From: an uncultured Gemmatimonadales bacterium | GTDB lineage: Bacteria; Gemmatimonadota; Gemmatimonadetes; Gemmatimonadales; Gemmatimonadaceae | Reading direction: 5' to 3' | Assembly (NCBI GenBank): GCA_963701965.1 | Contig: OY969695.1 | Coordinates: 2,688,001 to 2,752,000 of the forward strand | Length of the DNA stretch: 64,000 bases | Part shown: piece after piece, positions 9,287 through 20,276 of the stretch | Numbering within the stretch: position 1 is the first letter of the stretch | Layout of the letters: each line of letters begins with the position of its first letter | Program-made: the position numbers and the translations under genes | The notes under the pieces: generated by a model | What the model was told of the DNA's origin: nothing | The model's input: only the letters and a program-made list of their open reading frames with translations | The model's database searches: none

Positions 9287-10336
9287 ATGCCGCCGTCGAC
9301 GGAGCGCGCGCTGCGCGCCGCGATCACGCGCCGGACGTTCGAGCCGGTGTACTACCTCCACGGCGATGAGGATTTCCGCAAAGACGAGGCGGTGGCGGCG
9401 ATCGTGGCCGCAGCCGTCGATCCCGCGTTGCGGGATTTCAACGTCGAGATCCGGCGGGGCGCCAATGTCGACGGCGAGGTGCTGGAGACGCTGCTCGGGA
9501 CCCCGCCGCTCATGTCGGACCGGCGCGCGGTGGTCATCCGCAATGTGGCAGCGCTCAAGAAAGACGCGCGGGGTGTGCTCGACCGGTATCTCGAACATCC
9601 CGCCTCCGATGCCGTCGTCGTCCTGGTCGCGGTTGCCGGGGGCAAGCCGGACAAGGCGCTCGTCGACCGGGCGGCGGCCATCGATCTCGGCGCGCTGACC
9701 GGGGACCGGCTCGGCGATTGGATCACGCGGCGCGCCGAGTCGCTGGGCGTCACCATCAGTGCCGAGGGTGCGGCGCTGCTGCAGGATGGGGTGGGCAACG
9801 ATCTGGGGCAGCTGGCGGCCGAACTCGACAAGCTGGCGTCCTACGTCAACGCCAGCGACACGCGCGTCATTGACGAGCGCGCGGTCTCGGCGATCGTCGG
9901 CGTGGTGCGCGACGAAACCCTGGGGCGCCTGCTCGATCTGGTGGCCGCGCGCGATGCGGCGGGAGCGTTGGTCGTGCTCCCGCAGGTGTTGGCGTTGCCG
10001 AAAACCACCGCGGTGTCGATCGTCATGGCATTGACGACCCAGACGCTGGCGCTGGCCTATGCGGCGGCGGGTGGTGGGCGGTCGGCTGGGGAGTTTTTTG
10101 GACTGTTGAAGGACACCGGGGCGTTCCCGGGTCGGGCGTGGGGGGAGGCGGTGTCGGCGTGGGTGAAGGCCGCGCCGGCGTGGAGCGAGCCGGCGCTGGG
10201 CCGCGCGCTCGATGCATTGTTGGCGGCGGATGTCGCGCTCAAGGAGACGCGGGTGTCGGACGACGAGCAGATTCTCGTGTCCCTGATCTTGAGATTGTGC
10301 GCCGATGTGTCGAGGCGCGAAGGGAGAGCCGCATGA
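9287..10336 (+). CDS. holA: DNA polymerase III subunit delta
   Basis: PVYYLHGDEDF, RDFNVE, TPPLMSDRRAVV, GNDLGQLAAELDKL, ADVALK. Confidence 0.9.
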   Translation: MPPSTERALRAAITRRTFEPVYYLHGDEDFRKDEAVAAIVAAAVDPALRDFNVEIRRGANVDGEVLETLLGTPPLMSDRRAVVIRNVAALKKDARGVLDRYLEHPASDAVVVLVAVAGGKPDKALVDRAAAIDLGALTGDRLGDWITRRAESLGVTISAEGAALLQDGVGNDLGQLAAELDKLASYVNASDTRVIDERAVSAIVGVVRDETLGRLLDLVAARDAAGALVVLPQVLALPKTTAVSIVMALTTQTLALAYAAAGGGRSAGEFFGLLKDTGAFPGRAWGEAVSAWVKAAPAWSEPALGRALDALLAADVALKETRVSDDEQILVSLILRLCADVSRREGRAA

Positions 10337-11561
10337 TGCGCCCACTTTCTCTCGTCCTTCTCTTGGTATGCGGCGGGGTGGCCCGGGGGCAGGCAATGGC
10401 GCCGGTCGTGGCGGACCCCGCCGACTCCGTGTTGCAACGGGCCGAGCGTATGGCCGGCGAGGGGCATGCGGCCGCGGCGCGGCTGGTAGTCGACTCGGTG
10501 CTCGCGGCGACGCCTCCGGGGAGTCCGCAGTATGCCGAGGTCTTGTTCACGAGAGCCTCGCTATCGGCCACGGCGTTCGAGACCGAACGCGATTATCGGC
10601 GCATTACCGTCGAGTATCCATCGTCGCTGCGGGCGGACGACGCGCTGTTGCGGTTGGCCCAGTTGGAGTTGGCGCGGGGCAGCAAAGACGAGGCGCGCGC
10701 GCATCTGCTGCGCCTCGAGCGCGATCGGGCGCCCGCGCAGACTCCCCCGCGCACCAACCTGTCGATCGCGCATGCGTGGTTCGCGGTCGCGGAGCCCGAG
10801 CATGCGTGCGCGGCGTTGGACGCGGCGCACCAGGCGGCGCCGCCGACGGAGGTCGAGTTCATCCATCAACTCGACTACGCGGGACAACCCTGTGCCCGCC
10901 TGCCGAAGGCGGTCGCGGTCAAACCCGCCGTCACACCCAAGCCGGCGGCGCCTGCGGCGCCTGCCGTAAAACCAGATAGTGCGGCCGCGGCCAGCGTGAC
11001 GCCGGTGAGCGCGCGCCGACGCCCGAGAGTGCGCCCGCCGCCAGGTGCCCCGGCGACACGACGGGAGCCAGTGCGACGGGAGCCAGTGCGCCTGCCGCTA
11101 GCGTGTCTCCAGCGAGTACGACTGGAGCTGGTGCAACTGGAGCGACGGGAGCCAGTGCGACGGGCGCGGGTACAATCCCGCACCGGCTGCGCCTGCGCCG
11201 CCACCGGTACCGTAGGGTCGCACCAACGAGCGGCGTCCCGTCACCGCGTGCTCCCAGCCTGGCACGGACCGCCGACCCACCGCGCCGCCGGCGAAAGCGC
11301 CGGATCACCGCGCCACCCGCACCGGCCGCCACCGGCAAGTACACCGTGCAAGTCGCCGCATACGACACGCGCGGCGAAGCCGAGGCGCTGTCGTCGAAAC
11401 TGGTTTCGAGGGGATACGAGAGCCGGGTATGGGGCACGGCCGCGCCGTTCCGCGTGCGGATCGGCCGCTACGCTACGCGATCGGCGGCCGAGTCGGAGCT
11501 GGCGGCGCTGAACGTGAAGGGGATGTCCGGCTTCGTCATCGAGACCGAGTCTCCGCGCTAG
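10333..11561 (+). CDS. Secreted TPR + SPOR domain protein, frameshifted in its Pro/Ala linker
   Basis: Signal peptide and TPR-like YRRITVEYPSS..ADDALLRLAQLE in one frame. SPOR YTVQVAAY...PFRVRIGRYATR in another frame. Frame break(s) at about 11010-11300. Confidence 0.8.
11061..11164 (+). repeat. Degenerate 15-nt repeats (ACGGGAGCCAGTGCG) in the SPOR linker
   Basis: Tandem pair at 11061-11090 and a further copy near 11145-11159; encodes TGASA-like units. Confidence 0.6.
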
Positions 11562-14118
11562 CCATCGCCTTCAACTCGGCGAGCGCCGCCAGCGCTTGCA
11601 TGGGTGTGAGATGATCGGGCTCGAGTGCCGCCAGGCGCACCAGCGCCGGGTGCGGCGCCTCGGCAAATAGCGGCAGCTGCTCGGCGCGCGGCGCGGGTGT
11701 CCCCGCGAGTCCCGCCACGAGCTGCTCGCCCTCGAGCAAGTGCAGCACCTCGCGCGCCCGGGCGAGCACGGGTTCCGGCAGCCCGGCCAGCCGCCCCACT
11801 TCGATGCCGTACGACCGGTCCGCCCCACCCGGCTGCATGCGGTGCAGGAACAACACCCGATCGCCGACCTCGCGGACCGCGACGTTGTAGTTCCGGAGCG
11901 CCGGCAGCTCATCGGCCAGCTGCGTCAGCTCATGGTAGTGGGTGGCGAACACCGTCTTGCACCCCACTCGCGTGTGCAGATGCTCGGTGACGGCCCAGGC
12001 AATGGAGACGCCATCGTACGTCAATGTCCCCCGCCCGATCTCGTCGAGCAACACCAGACTCCGCGCGGTTGCCGTGTGCAAGATGGCGCTCGTCTCCGCC
12101 ATTTCGACCATGAAGGTCGACTGCCCCCGCACCAGATTGTCGCTGGCGCCCACGCGCGTGAACAAGCGGTCGACAATGCCAATGGTCGCCCGGGTCGCCG
12201 GCACGAAGCTGCCCGCCTGCGCCATGGCCACGATCAAGCCGACCTGTCGCAGGATCGTCGACTTTCCCGCCATGTTGGGACCCGTCAGAATGATGACGCG
12301 CTCGGCATCGTTGAGGCGGACATCGTTCGGGATGAACTGCTCCCGCGGCATCATGCGCTCCACCACCGGATGCCGGCCGCCGACAATGTCCAGCGCCAGC
12401 TCATCGGTGATCTGCGGCCGCACGAACCGCTCCCGCTCCGCCACCTCGGCGAACGTGGCCACCACATCCAGCTCGGCGACACACCGCGCCGCGCGTTGCA
12501 ACCGCGCGATCTCGGCGCCGGCCGCGCTTCGCGCGCGCTCGAACAATTCCCGCTCCCGGACCTCGATCCGCTCGGCCGCGGTCAGCACGCGCTCCTCGTA
12601 CTCCTTGAGGGCCGGCGTCACATACCGCTCGGCGCCCGTCAACGTCTGCCGCCGCTGATAATCCGCCGGTACCGCCCCCCGATGGGAGTTCGTCACCTCG
12701 ATGAAGTAGCCGAAGACGCGGTTGTACCCGACCTTGAGCGATGCGATGCCGGTCCGCGCCCGCTCGGCCGCCTGGATCTCGGCGATCTTGTCCTTGCCGC
12801 CATCGCGCAGCGCCCGCAACTCGTCCAGCGCCGGATCGATTCCCGTCGCGATGGTCGCCTCGTCGCCGACGGCCAGCGGCGGCCGTTCGACGAGCGTGCG
12901 CGTGATGGCCGACGCCACGTCGGCGCACGAATCCCACGCCGCGCCGAGCGCCGCGAACGCCCCATGATCGAGCCGCTCGATGGCCGCGATGACGCGCGGC
13001 AGCCGGTCGAGCGAATCGCCGAGCGCGCGCAACTCCCGCGGCGTGGCCCGCGCCGCCGCCGCTTTCCCCGCCAGGCGCTCCACGTCGCGCACCCCATCGA
13101 GCGCCTCCCGCAGCGCGGCCCGCGCCAGCGCGTCGGCCGCGAGCGCCGCCACGCGATCGAGTCGCGCGTCGATGGCGGCGCGATCCGTGAGCGGGGCCAA
13201 GAGCCACTGCCGCATGAGACGCGCGCCCATGGCCGTGCCCGTGCGGTCGAGCACATCGATCAGCGTCCCGGCGGCTTCCCCGCGCAACGACTCGACCAAC
13301 TCCAGGTTGCGTCGCGTCATCTCGTCGAGCGGCATGGCGCCGCCCGGCCGCTCGATCACCGGGCGCGCCAGATGCGGCAGTCCGCCGGGCTGCAGCTCGG
13401 TGAGATACTCGAGCAAGGCTCCGGCGGCCGCCACCGCCGGTCCGTCCGCGGCGCCAATCCCGAAGCCCTCGATCGACGCCACGCCAAACCGTCGCGCCAA
13501 CTGCCCGGCGCCGTGGACGGGCTCGAATTCCCACGGTTCGCGCTCGGTGACGAGCACATTCTCGATGCGCACCGCGGCGAGCGCGGCGGCCGCTCCGCGC
13601 GCGACGAGCACTTCGCGCGGCGCGAAGCGCGCGACCAGCGTCGGGGCGTCGGCGTGGGGCGCGGTCGCCAACCGGAACTCGCCCGTGGAGACGTCGACCG
13701 CGGCGAGACCGAGCGTCGCGCCCTGCGCGAACAGCGCGCAGAGGAAGTTGTTGCGCGCGCCGTCCAAGAGATCATCGGCCAGCGCGGCGCCGGGCGTGAT
13801 CGTTTCCACGACCTCCCGGCGCACCGGTCCCTTCGCAAACTTCGGATCCTCGACCTGCTCGCAGATCGCGACCCGAAATCCCTTGCGGACGAGGCGTTTG
13901 ACGTACTCGCCGACAGCCTTCACCGGAATTCCGGCCAGCGGGACCGCGGACGCCGCGCCGTTGTTGCGCGACGTCAGCGTCAGGCCGAGCGCGCGGGCGC
14001 CGGTCTCGGCGTCGTCGTAGAACATCTCGTAGAAGTCGCCCATGCGGAAGAACAGGATCGCGTCCTGATGGCGCGCCTTGATCTCCCGGTACTGCTGCAT
14101 CAGCGGAGTCTCGGTCAT
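11536..14118 (-). CDS. mutS: DNA mismatch repair protein MutS
   Basis: TPLMQQY, FRMGDFYE, GPNMAGKS, STFMVEM, DEIGRGT, ATHYHEL, C-terminal clamp-type motif EQLPLF. Confidence 0.97.
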   Translation of the reverse strand: MTETPLMQQYREIKARHQDAILFFRMGDFYEMFYDDAETGARALGLTLTSRNNGAASAVPLAGIPVKAVGEYVKRLVRKGFRVAICEQVEDPKFAKGPVRREVVETITPGAALADDLLDGARNNFLCALFAQGATLGLAAVDVSTGEFRLATAPHADAPTLVARFAPREVLVARGAAAALAAVRIENVLVTEREPWEFEPVHGAGQLARRFGVASIEGFGIGAADGPAVAAAGALLEYLTELQPGGLPHLARPVIERPGGAMPLDEMTRRNLELVESLRGEAAGTLIDVLDRTGTAMGARLMRQWLLAPLTDRAAIDARLDRVAALAADALARAALREALDGVRDVERLAGKAAAARATPRELRALGDSLDRLPRVIAAIERLDHGAFAALGAAWDSCADVASAITRTLVERPPLAVGDEATIATGIDPALDELRALRDGGKDKIAEIQAAERARTGIASLKVGYNRVFGYFIEVTNSHRGAVPADYQRRQTLTGAERYVTPALKEYEERVLTAAERIEVRERELFERARSAAGAEIARLQRAARCVAELDVVATFAEVAERERFVRPQITDELALDIVGGRHPVVERMMPREQFIPNDVRLNDAERVIILTGPNMAGKSTILRQVGLIVAMAQAGSFVPATRATIGIVDRLFTRVGASDNLVRGQSTFMVEMAETSAILHTATARSLVLLDEIGRGTLTYDGVSIAWAVTEHLHTRVGCKTVFATHYHELTQLADELPALRNYNVAVREVGDRVLFLHRMQPGGADRSYGIEVGRLAGLPEPVLARAREVLHLLEGEQLVAGLAGTPAPRAEQLPLFAEAPHPALVRLAALEPDHLTPMQALAALAELKAMASAETRSR

Positions 14119-14780
14119 ACGCGATCGACGAACACGACGGCGCCCAGCGCCGGCCCGATATCCCGCGTGCCGCTATTGGAGATGTCGAGCGACAGCGGTC
14201 CTTCGTACGGTGCCCGCCGGACGACGGTGACGACGGCGCCGGGCACGAGACCCAGCTCCGCGAGATAGCGGAGCCGGTCGGGATCATCATCGCTGACGCG
14301 CACGATGCGCGCCCGCTCACCGGGTCGGAGCTCGGCCAGCGGCGTGTGCGGCCGCTCGTCGATCGCGCCCTCGGCGGTCGGAATCGGCGCGCCATGCGGG
14401 TCGACGGTCGGATGGCCGAGGACACTGGCCATGCGATCGATGAGCGCGTCGGATGCCGCGTGCTCCAGCCGCTCGGCCTCGTCATGCACCAGGTCCCACG
14501 ACAGGCCCAGCGCCCGGCTCAGATACGTCTCGAGGACGCGGTGGCGGCGCAGCGTGCGGAGCGCGACCCGCTGTCCCTCATCGGTGAGTCGCGCGCCATG
14601 ATACGGTTCGTACGCGATCAAGCCAGAATCCGCCAACCGGCGCATCATCCCCGTGACCGACGGCGGCGCCACGCCGAGCCGGTGGGCCAAGTCGGTCGTG
14701 GAGACGGTGCCCGACGCCCGTTCCAGCTCGTAGACCGCCTTGAGGCAGTCTTCCATGGAAGCCGTATACACGACGCTCAT
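14115..14780 (-). CDS. mntR: DtxR/MntR-family metal-dependent regulator with FeoA domain
   Basis: [52 protein letters not shown]. Start ATG 14780 overlaps the mntH TGA. Confidence 0.9.
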   Translation of the reverse strand: MSVVYTASMEDCLKAVYELERASGTVSTTDLAHRLGVAPPSVTGMMRRLADSGLIAYEPYHGARLTDEGQRVALRTLRRHRVLETYLSRALGLSWDLVHDEAERLEHAASDALIDRMASVLGHPTVDPHGAPIPTAEGAIDERPHTPLAELRPGERARIVRVSDDDPDRLRYLAELGLVPGAVVTVVRRAPYEGPLSLDISNSGTRDIGPALGAVVFVDRV

Positions 14781-16108
14781 AGGAGCGCAGCCACCAGGAG
14801 CCAGGCGTTGAGCCCCGCGATCGCGATCGCCACGGTCCACGCGAGAACTGCCAGCGAGCGCCCGTTCACAAACTCCCCCATTTTGGCCCGACTCGACGTG
14901 AACTGCACGAGCGGGATGACGGCGAACGAGAGCTGCAGACTGAGCACGACCTGGCTGAAGACGAGGAGCGTGGCCGTGCCGTGCTCGCCATAGAGCGCCG
15001 TCACGATCACCGCCGGGATGATCGCGATCGCGCGCGTGATCAACCGCCGGAGCCACGGCCGGAGCCGAATGTCGAGAAACCCTTCCATCACGATCTGTCC
15101 GGCCAGCGTGCCCGTCAACGTCGAGTTTTGTCCGGAGGCGAGGAGGGCGAGCGCGAACACCACGCTGGCGCCGCCAAAGCCCAAGAGCGGCGTGAGCAGC
15201 TTGTACGCGTCCTGGATCTCGGCGACATTGGCATGGCCCGTCGTGTGGAACGTGGCCGCCGCGACGATGAGAATCGCCGCATTGATGAAAAGCGCGAAAC
15301 TCAACGCAATCGTCGAGTCGAGGAACGCGAAACGGATCGCTTCGCGCTTGCCCGACGGACTGATCTCGTAGCTCCGGGTCTGCACGACCGAGGAATGCAG
15401 ATAGAGATTGTGCGGCATCACCGTCGCGCCCAGGATGGAGATCGCGATATAGAGTTGGGCCGGGTTCGTGATGATCGACGCCGTCGGCACGAATCCCCGC
15501 ATCACCGCGCCGTAGTCCGGCCGCGAGATCACGAGCTCGAACAAGAAGCAGAGGCCGATCGTCGCGATCAATACCACGACCAACGCCTCCAGCCGCCGGA
15601 ACCCGAAGTGCTGCAGGTACAGCACGATCAACACATCGAGCGATGTCAGGATGACGCCGGCGATCAGCGGCAGATGAAAGAGCAGGTTGAGCGCGATCGC
15701 CGATCCGATGACCTCGGCCAAGTCGCAGGCCGCGATCGCGATCTCCGCGAACAGCCACAGCGCCACGCTCGTGGGCCGCGAATAGGCGTCGCGGCACGCC
15801 TGGGCCAAGTCGCGCTCGGTGACGATGCCGAGCTTGGACGCGAGACCCTGGAGCAGGACCGCGAGCAGGTTCGAAACGAGGATGACGCTGAGCAGCGCGT
15901 AGCCGAACCGGGCCCCGCCGGCCAGATCCGTGGCCCAGTTGCCCGGGTCCATGTAGCCGACCGCCACCAGGTAGCCGGGCCCGGCAAAGGCGAGCAGCTT
16001 ACGCCACCACCCGCCCGTGACCGCCACCGTCCGGTAGGACTCGGCGAGTGTCGGTGTGGGGCGCGACCGTCGCCACCGGACTTCAGGCTCAGCGGATAGT
16101 TTAGCCAC
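14777..16108 (-). CDS. mntH: Nramp-family Mn2+ transporter
   Basis: [51 protein letters not shown]. Confidence 0.96.
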   Translation of the reverse strand: MAKLSAEPEVRWRRSRPTPTLAESYRTVAVTGGWWRKLLAFAGPGYLVAVGYMDPGNWATDLAGGARFGYALLSVILVSNLLAVLLQGLASKLGIVTERDLAQACRDAYSRPTSVALWLFAEIAIAACDLAEVIGSAIALNLLFHLPLIAGVILTSLDVLIVLYLQHFGFRRLEALVVVLIATIGLCFLFELVISRPDYGAVMRGFVPTASIITNPAQLYIAISILGATVMPHNLYLHSSVVQTRSYEISPSGKREAIRFAFLDSTIALSFALFINAAILIVAAATFHTTGHANVAEIQDAYKLLTPLLGFGGASVVFALALLASGQNSTLTGTLAGQIVMEGFLDIRLRPWLRRLITRAIAIIPAVIVTALYGEHGTATLLVFSQVVLSLQLSFAVIPLVQFTSSRAKMGEFVNGRSLAVLAWTVAIAIAGLNAWLLVAALL

Positions 16109-16114
16109 GGCTAA
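16101..16114. promoter_or_regulatory. Candidate MntR/DtxR-type operator over the mntH start
   Basis: Perfect palindrome TTAGCC-AC-GGCTAA in the only AT-rich patch between mntH and the MFS gene. Confidence 0.7.
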
Positions 16115-16125
16115 TTATTATCTCA

Positions 16126-17406
16126 ATGCCACCTAAATTACAAGACGAGGCAGGAGACTGGGCCGGTCCGCGTGCCCGGCGCAACGCGTGGGTCGCGCTG
16201 GCGGTGCTCACTGCCATGAACCTGCTCAACTACCTCGACCGGTTCGTCGTCCCGGCCGTCCAGGAGAGCATCAAGCACTCGCCCATTGCGCCCAGCGATC
16301 AGCAGCTGGGCTTCGTGTCTTCCGCGTTCCTCTTGGTCTACATGTGCGCCGCACCGTTGTTCGGGATCCTCGGCGCCCGACACTCCCGGATGCGCATCAT
16401 CGCGGCCGGGGTCGCCATTTGGAGCGTCGCCACGGCACTGGGAGGACTCGTCACGACGTACGCATCACTCGTCGTAGCCCGTGCCCTGGTCGGCGTCGGC
16501 GAGGCGGCGTACGGGACCATCGCGCCCGCGGTCCTCGCCGACGCTTTCCCCGAGCGTTGGCGCGCCCGCGTGTTCGCGATCTTCTACATGGCGATTCCGG
16601 TCGGCTCCGCGCTCGGATACGTCCTGGGCGGCGCCGTCGACCACGCGTACGGCTGGCGGGCCGCGTTTTTTGTCGCCGGCGCGCCCGGCTTGTTGTTCGC
16701 CCTCGCGGCTTTCTTCATGACCGATCCTCCGCGCGGGGAGGGTCCGCCGGTGCCCCGGGGCCTCGGCGCGTACGGGACGCTGCTCGACAATCGACCCTAC
16801 ATGCGGACGGTGCTGGGGTACGCCGCATATACGTTCGCGCTGGGCGGCATCGCGGTCTGGATGCCCACGTTCCTGGCGCGGATTCGACACGTGCCGCTGG
16901 TGACCGCGAATACGCGCCTCGGCGGCGTGCTCGTGGTCACGGGATTCCTCGGCACGTTCCTCGGCGGCTGGGTGGCCGACCACATCGCCAAGCGGACGGC
17001 GCGGGCGAATCTCTGGGTGTCGGGCGTCGCGACGCTGGCGGCCGTGCCGTTCGCTTGGATCGCCCTGGTGACGCCCGATCAGTCGGTGTTCTGGGCGACG
17101 ATCGCCATCGCCGAGGTGCTGCTCTTTGCGTCGACCGGACCGGTCAACGCCGCCATCGTATCCGGGGTGAGCTCGGCGATGCGCGCGCCGGCGATGGCGC
17201 TCTCGATCCTCACTATCCATCTGCTGGGCGACGTCCCGTCGCCCTGGATCATCGGCACCTGGTCAGACCAGGGCTCGCTCGCCACGGCGGTCCTCATCAT
17301 CCCCGTCGCCGTCCTGGTGTCGGGGATCATCTGGACCTACGCGGCGTGGAAGCCTACATCGTCGTCGCCGGCTGATCAGGCATCAGGAACCGAAATTCCT
17401 GCCTGA
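16126..17406 (+). CDS. Spinster-family MFS transporter
   Basis: MNLLNYLDR, RALVGVGEAAY..IAP..LAD.FP, AIPVGSALGY, IHLLGDVPSP. Confidence 0.9.
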   Translation: MPPKLQDEAGDWAGPRARRNAWVALAVLTAMNLLNYLDRFVVPAVQESIKHSPIAPSDQQLGFVSSAFLLVYMCAAPLFGILGARHSRMRIIAAGVAIWSVATALGGLVTTYASLVVARALVGVGEAAYGTIAPAVLADAFPERWRARVFAIFYMAIPVGSALGYVLGGAVDHAYGWRAAFFVAGAPGLLFALAAFFMTDPPRGEGPPVPRGLGAYGTLLDNRPYMRTVLGYAAYTFALGGIAVWMPTFLARIRHVPLVTANTRLGGVLVVTGFLGTFLGGWVADHIAKRTARANLWVSGVATLAAVPFAWIALVTPDQSVFWATIAIAEVLLFASTGPVNAAIVSGVSSAMRAPAMALSILTIHLLGDVPSPWIIGTWSDQGSLATAVLIIPVAVLVSGIIWTYAAWKPTSSSPADQASGTEIPA

Positions 17407-18058
17407 CCCACTGGCGAACCAAACGCCCTCCCAGCTCCGCGGGCACGAATCGCATATGCGGCAGGGCCGCGCGCAGGGACTGCTCGAAGGCCGGGTGGGA
17501 CGAGTGGACCACGCGCAGGCTCACGCTATCGGCCTGGCCCGCGGTGTCGACCACAAACTCGACGGTGAGCGCCCCTTCGATATGGCTCTCCTGCAAGTAC
17601 TGCGGATACTCGGGGGCGGCGCTCGTCGGATCGCGCTGGACTTCCCGATCGACCTCGGCGTCCACGTAGACCTTGTTGGCCGTCTCTTCGGCGTCCGGCG
17701 TCGGCTTGGGGGTCTCCGTCTCGGCTTTCCCCCGCCGTCCGAGCCCGATGCCCCTCCGCCGATCGCCAGCGACGCCGTCGCCCAACTCCTTGGTCGCCTT
17801 TGGCTTATCCCCGCTGCCGTCGGCGTTGCTCGGCGCCCACTCGACACCGGCGGTGTCCAGCGTGTGCCCATGTGGGATGGGCGGAGCCAAATACACGACC
17901 CGCCGGGTTTCGTGATTGGCGGGCGTGGATTGGTCAGGTTGAAGATATGCCGAACGGCTCGCTACGATAAAGCAGATAGCACTCATAGCGGTGCCGACAA
18001 AAAACGACGGCACCGTACACAACCCTGGCACATCCGAAGCCAGCAGCTGCCGAAACAT
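17354..18058 (-). CDS. TonB family energy transducer
   Basis: N-terminal TM, PEYPQYL..SHIEG.LTVEFVVDTAG, FVPAELGG..VRQ.VRQEF. Confidence 0.85.
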   Translation of the reverse strand: MFRQLLASDVPGLCTVPSFFVGTAMSAICFIVASRSAYLQPDQSTPANHETRRVVYLAPPIPHGHTLDTAGVEWAPSNADGSGDKPKATKELGDGVAGDRRRGIGLGRRGKAETETPKPTPDAEETANKVYVDAEVDREVQRDPTSAAPEYPQYLQESHIEGALTVEFVVDTAGQADSVSLRVVHSSHPAFEQSLRAALPHMRFVPAELGGRLVRQWVRQEFRFLMPDQPATTM

Positions 18059-18195
18059 GACGCACCCCCCAAGGCGCGTGCGCGCGATCTACTATGGGAA
18101 GATTTCCCGCTCTACGCTAGTCTCGGTAGTATTCACGAACCATGTAGTCGGGACGAAACGTGCCGCCGGTGGGGTTAAGCGACGGAATGCCGTGA

Positions 18196-18930
18196 TCAAT
18201 GTCCCGGACCTGTCAAAATGGCCTCAAAAAGCGCCAGGGCCCGTGGGTCCCCGGACTGGCCGAGCCAGAACATCGCTTTGCGGCGGAGCGCGGGGTCGGG
18301 GTTGGTTCGGGCGATCCGTAGGAGAATCGGCACCCCCTCGTTGGCCGGTCGCTGCGACAGGGCGAAAATCGCCTCCTCCCGCACCGAGCGGTCGAGTTGC
18401 GGCTCGTTCGCCAGCGAATCGAGCGCGCCGGTGGCACTGGCGGCGGCCTGGCCGAGCCAGAACACCGCCTGCTTCCGGGTCTCGTTGGGCGCGTCGGCGT
18501 TGCGCGCCAGGGCGATCAGCCGGGGCCAGACCGTCACGCTGTCCGCGAGAGTCGCCGGGAAGATGGCGTCGCGGCCAATGTGCGTCGGGGTGTGTTCCGC
18601 CAGGCCCAAGAGATAGTCGGCCGCCTCGCGATCGGAGACCGGACCGAGGTCGGTGATCGTGGTGCCCGGGCGGGCGCGCCACTGGCCTCCGACGTACGTG
18701 TGGAGCTTGGTCGGCTGGTGTCCCGCGACCCAGAGGACGATCCGGATGGGCCCGGGCTGGCAGTCCGGATTCCATTCGACGTCCGCGTCGTCGTCCGAGC
18801 CGTAGTACGTGCGCCCGTGATTCCCCGCACAGATCCCGGGTCGGGCCGCGAACGTCATGCGCACCTCGCCATCAGGCGCGGCCGCCACCCGCGACGCAAG
18901 GTCGGCGGCCAGAATCAGGGCGAGAATCAT
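18196..18930 (-). CDS. Exported HEAT-repeat protein
   Basis: Repeated RKQAVFWLGQ / REEAIFALSQ / RKAMFWLGQSGDPRA. Confidence 0.85.
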   Translation of the reverse strand: MILALILAADLASRVAAAPDGEVRMTFAARPGICAGNHGRTYYGSDDDADVEWNPDCQPGPIRIVLWVAGHQPTKLHTYVGGQWRARPGTTITDLGPVSDREAADYLLGLAEHTPTHIGRDAIFPATLADSVTVWPRLIALARNADAPNETRKQAVFWLGQAAASATGALDSLANEPQLDRSVREEAIFALSQRPANEGVPILLRIARTNPDPALRRKAMFWLGQSGDPRALALFEAILTGPGH

Positions 18931-20276
18931 CGGTCGATGAGTTGGGCGAGGAACTGCGCCGCGCGCGGGTCACGGGATTGACCGAGCCAGAAAATTGCCC
19001 GCTTGCGCAGTTTGGGATCGCGGTCGGACCGGGCGACCTTCATCAAGGCGTCGACGGCAGCCGGCTCGTCGCGTTGGGAGACGGCGAACAGCACGCCCTC
19101 GCGCGTGTCGGCATCGTGGGTCCGGTCGTAGAGACCCATGAGCTGATCCAGACTGGCGCCGCCCTGGCCGGCCCAGAAGATCGCCTGCTTGCGGATGTGC
19201 GGGGTTTGGGTGGAGTCGCTCGCCACGTTGATCAGCCACTGGCTCGACGCCCCACTCCAATGCTGACTCACGGAAAACAGGATCTTCTCCTTGAGGTCTT
19301 CGTTCGGCTCGCGGGCGAACTGTGTCTTGAGCCAGGCGGCATCGTCGTCGTTACCGGTCTGGCCGATCCAGAACAGCGCTTTCTCCCGCAGCTCCTGTGG
19401 CTCCGACGTGCGGGACGCGAACTGCCGCAGCATCTGGCCTCCGCGCCCATCGCGCTGTTGTTGCTGGGAGAGCGCGAACAGGGCTTTCTCGCGGAGCGCT
19501 TCGTCGGTCGAGTGCTCGAGCACACTGTCCACCATCGTGACGGCGCGCGGGTCCTGCACCTGCGACAGCCAGAACACGGCTTGTTGGCGCACGTCCTCGT
19601 CCGGATCGGAGCGCGCCGATGCCAGGAGGAGGTCGGCGCTCTCCGGGCTCTCCTTCTGAGAGACGATGAAGAGCGCTTTGCGCCGGAGGCCGACGGAGCA
19701 CCGGTCGCGGCGGGCGAGCACGTGCTTGAGGATGGGGAGCGCCTTCTCGGCGTCCACCTGCATCAGGGCGTTCATCGCGGCGATCCGCGTGTCGTTGTCA
19801 TCCTCGTCGCCATCGCCGCCTTTGGTGGCGCAGGTGCTCGTGTCGTCCTGCGCGGCGTGCGTGAGCTGCGATTGGCAGGACGTATCGCCGCGTTGGGCGA
19901 GTACGCCGCACACGCGGGCTTCGAGCGCCGTGGCGTCCGAGTGATGCGACGCGGTCGGGTATTTGGCGGCCAGCGTCGACAAGCCTTGCCGCGCCGACCG
20001 CAGGTCCTCCGTCGTGCCCATCTTGTAGTGGGAGAACGCTTCGTAATAGAGCGCGGTGCTCGCGTACTGCGAGCCGGGGTAATCGGTCGCGATGCGGTGG
20101 AACAGGTCCGCGGCCTGGCCATAGCGTTTCTCGGCCAGCGCCGCGCGGGCGGCCGAGTACAGCGAATCCGCCGGATCGGCGGGGTAGGCGCCGCTCGGTG
20201 CCGGCCACGGCGCGGCCGCGTGCGCGGGCGCGGCCGGCAACCCCATCGCCAGCAAGAACGCGATCATGATCTTCAT
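18927..20276 (-). CDS. Exported TPR (BamD-like) + HEAT-repeat protein
   Basis: Signal peptide, ADSLY..AR, YPGSQYASTALY, several A(L/I/V)F(W/A)L(S/G)Q repeats. Confidence 0.85.
   Translation of the reverse strand: MKIMIAFLLAMGLPAAPAHAAAPWPAPSGAYPADPADSLYSAARAALAEKRYGQAADLFHRIATDYPGSQYASTALYYEAFSHYKMGTTEDLRSARQGLSTLAAKYPTASHHSDATALEARVCGVLAQRGDTSCQSQLTHAAQDDTSTCATKGGDGDEDDNDTRIAAMNALMQVDAEKALPILKHVLARRDRCSVGLRRKALFIVSQKESPESADLLLASARSDPDEDVRQQAVFWLSQVQDPRAVTMVDSVLEHSTDEALREKALFALSQQQQRDGRGGQMLRQFASRTSEPQELREKALFWIGQTGNDDDAAWLKTQFAREPNEDLKEKILFSVSQHWSGASSQWLINVASDSTQTPHIRKQAIFWAGQGGASLDQLMGLYDRTHDADTREGVLFAVSQRDEPAAVDALMKVARSDRDPKLRKRAIFWLGQSRDPRAAQFLAQLIDR

Noticed and set aside
11740..14268. 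Long antisense and shadow ORFs (for example 842 aa opposite mutS)
   Set aside because: Expected in high-GC DNA; Arg/Pro/Gly-rich with no motifs.
14115..15797. 560-aa ORF extending mntR
   Set aside because: The extension is an off-frame read through mntH; the real start is the ATGA overlap at 14780.
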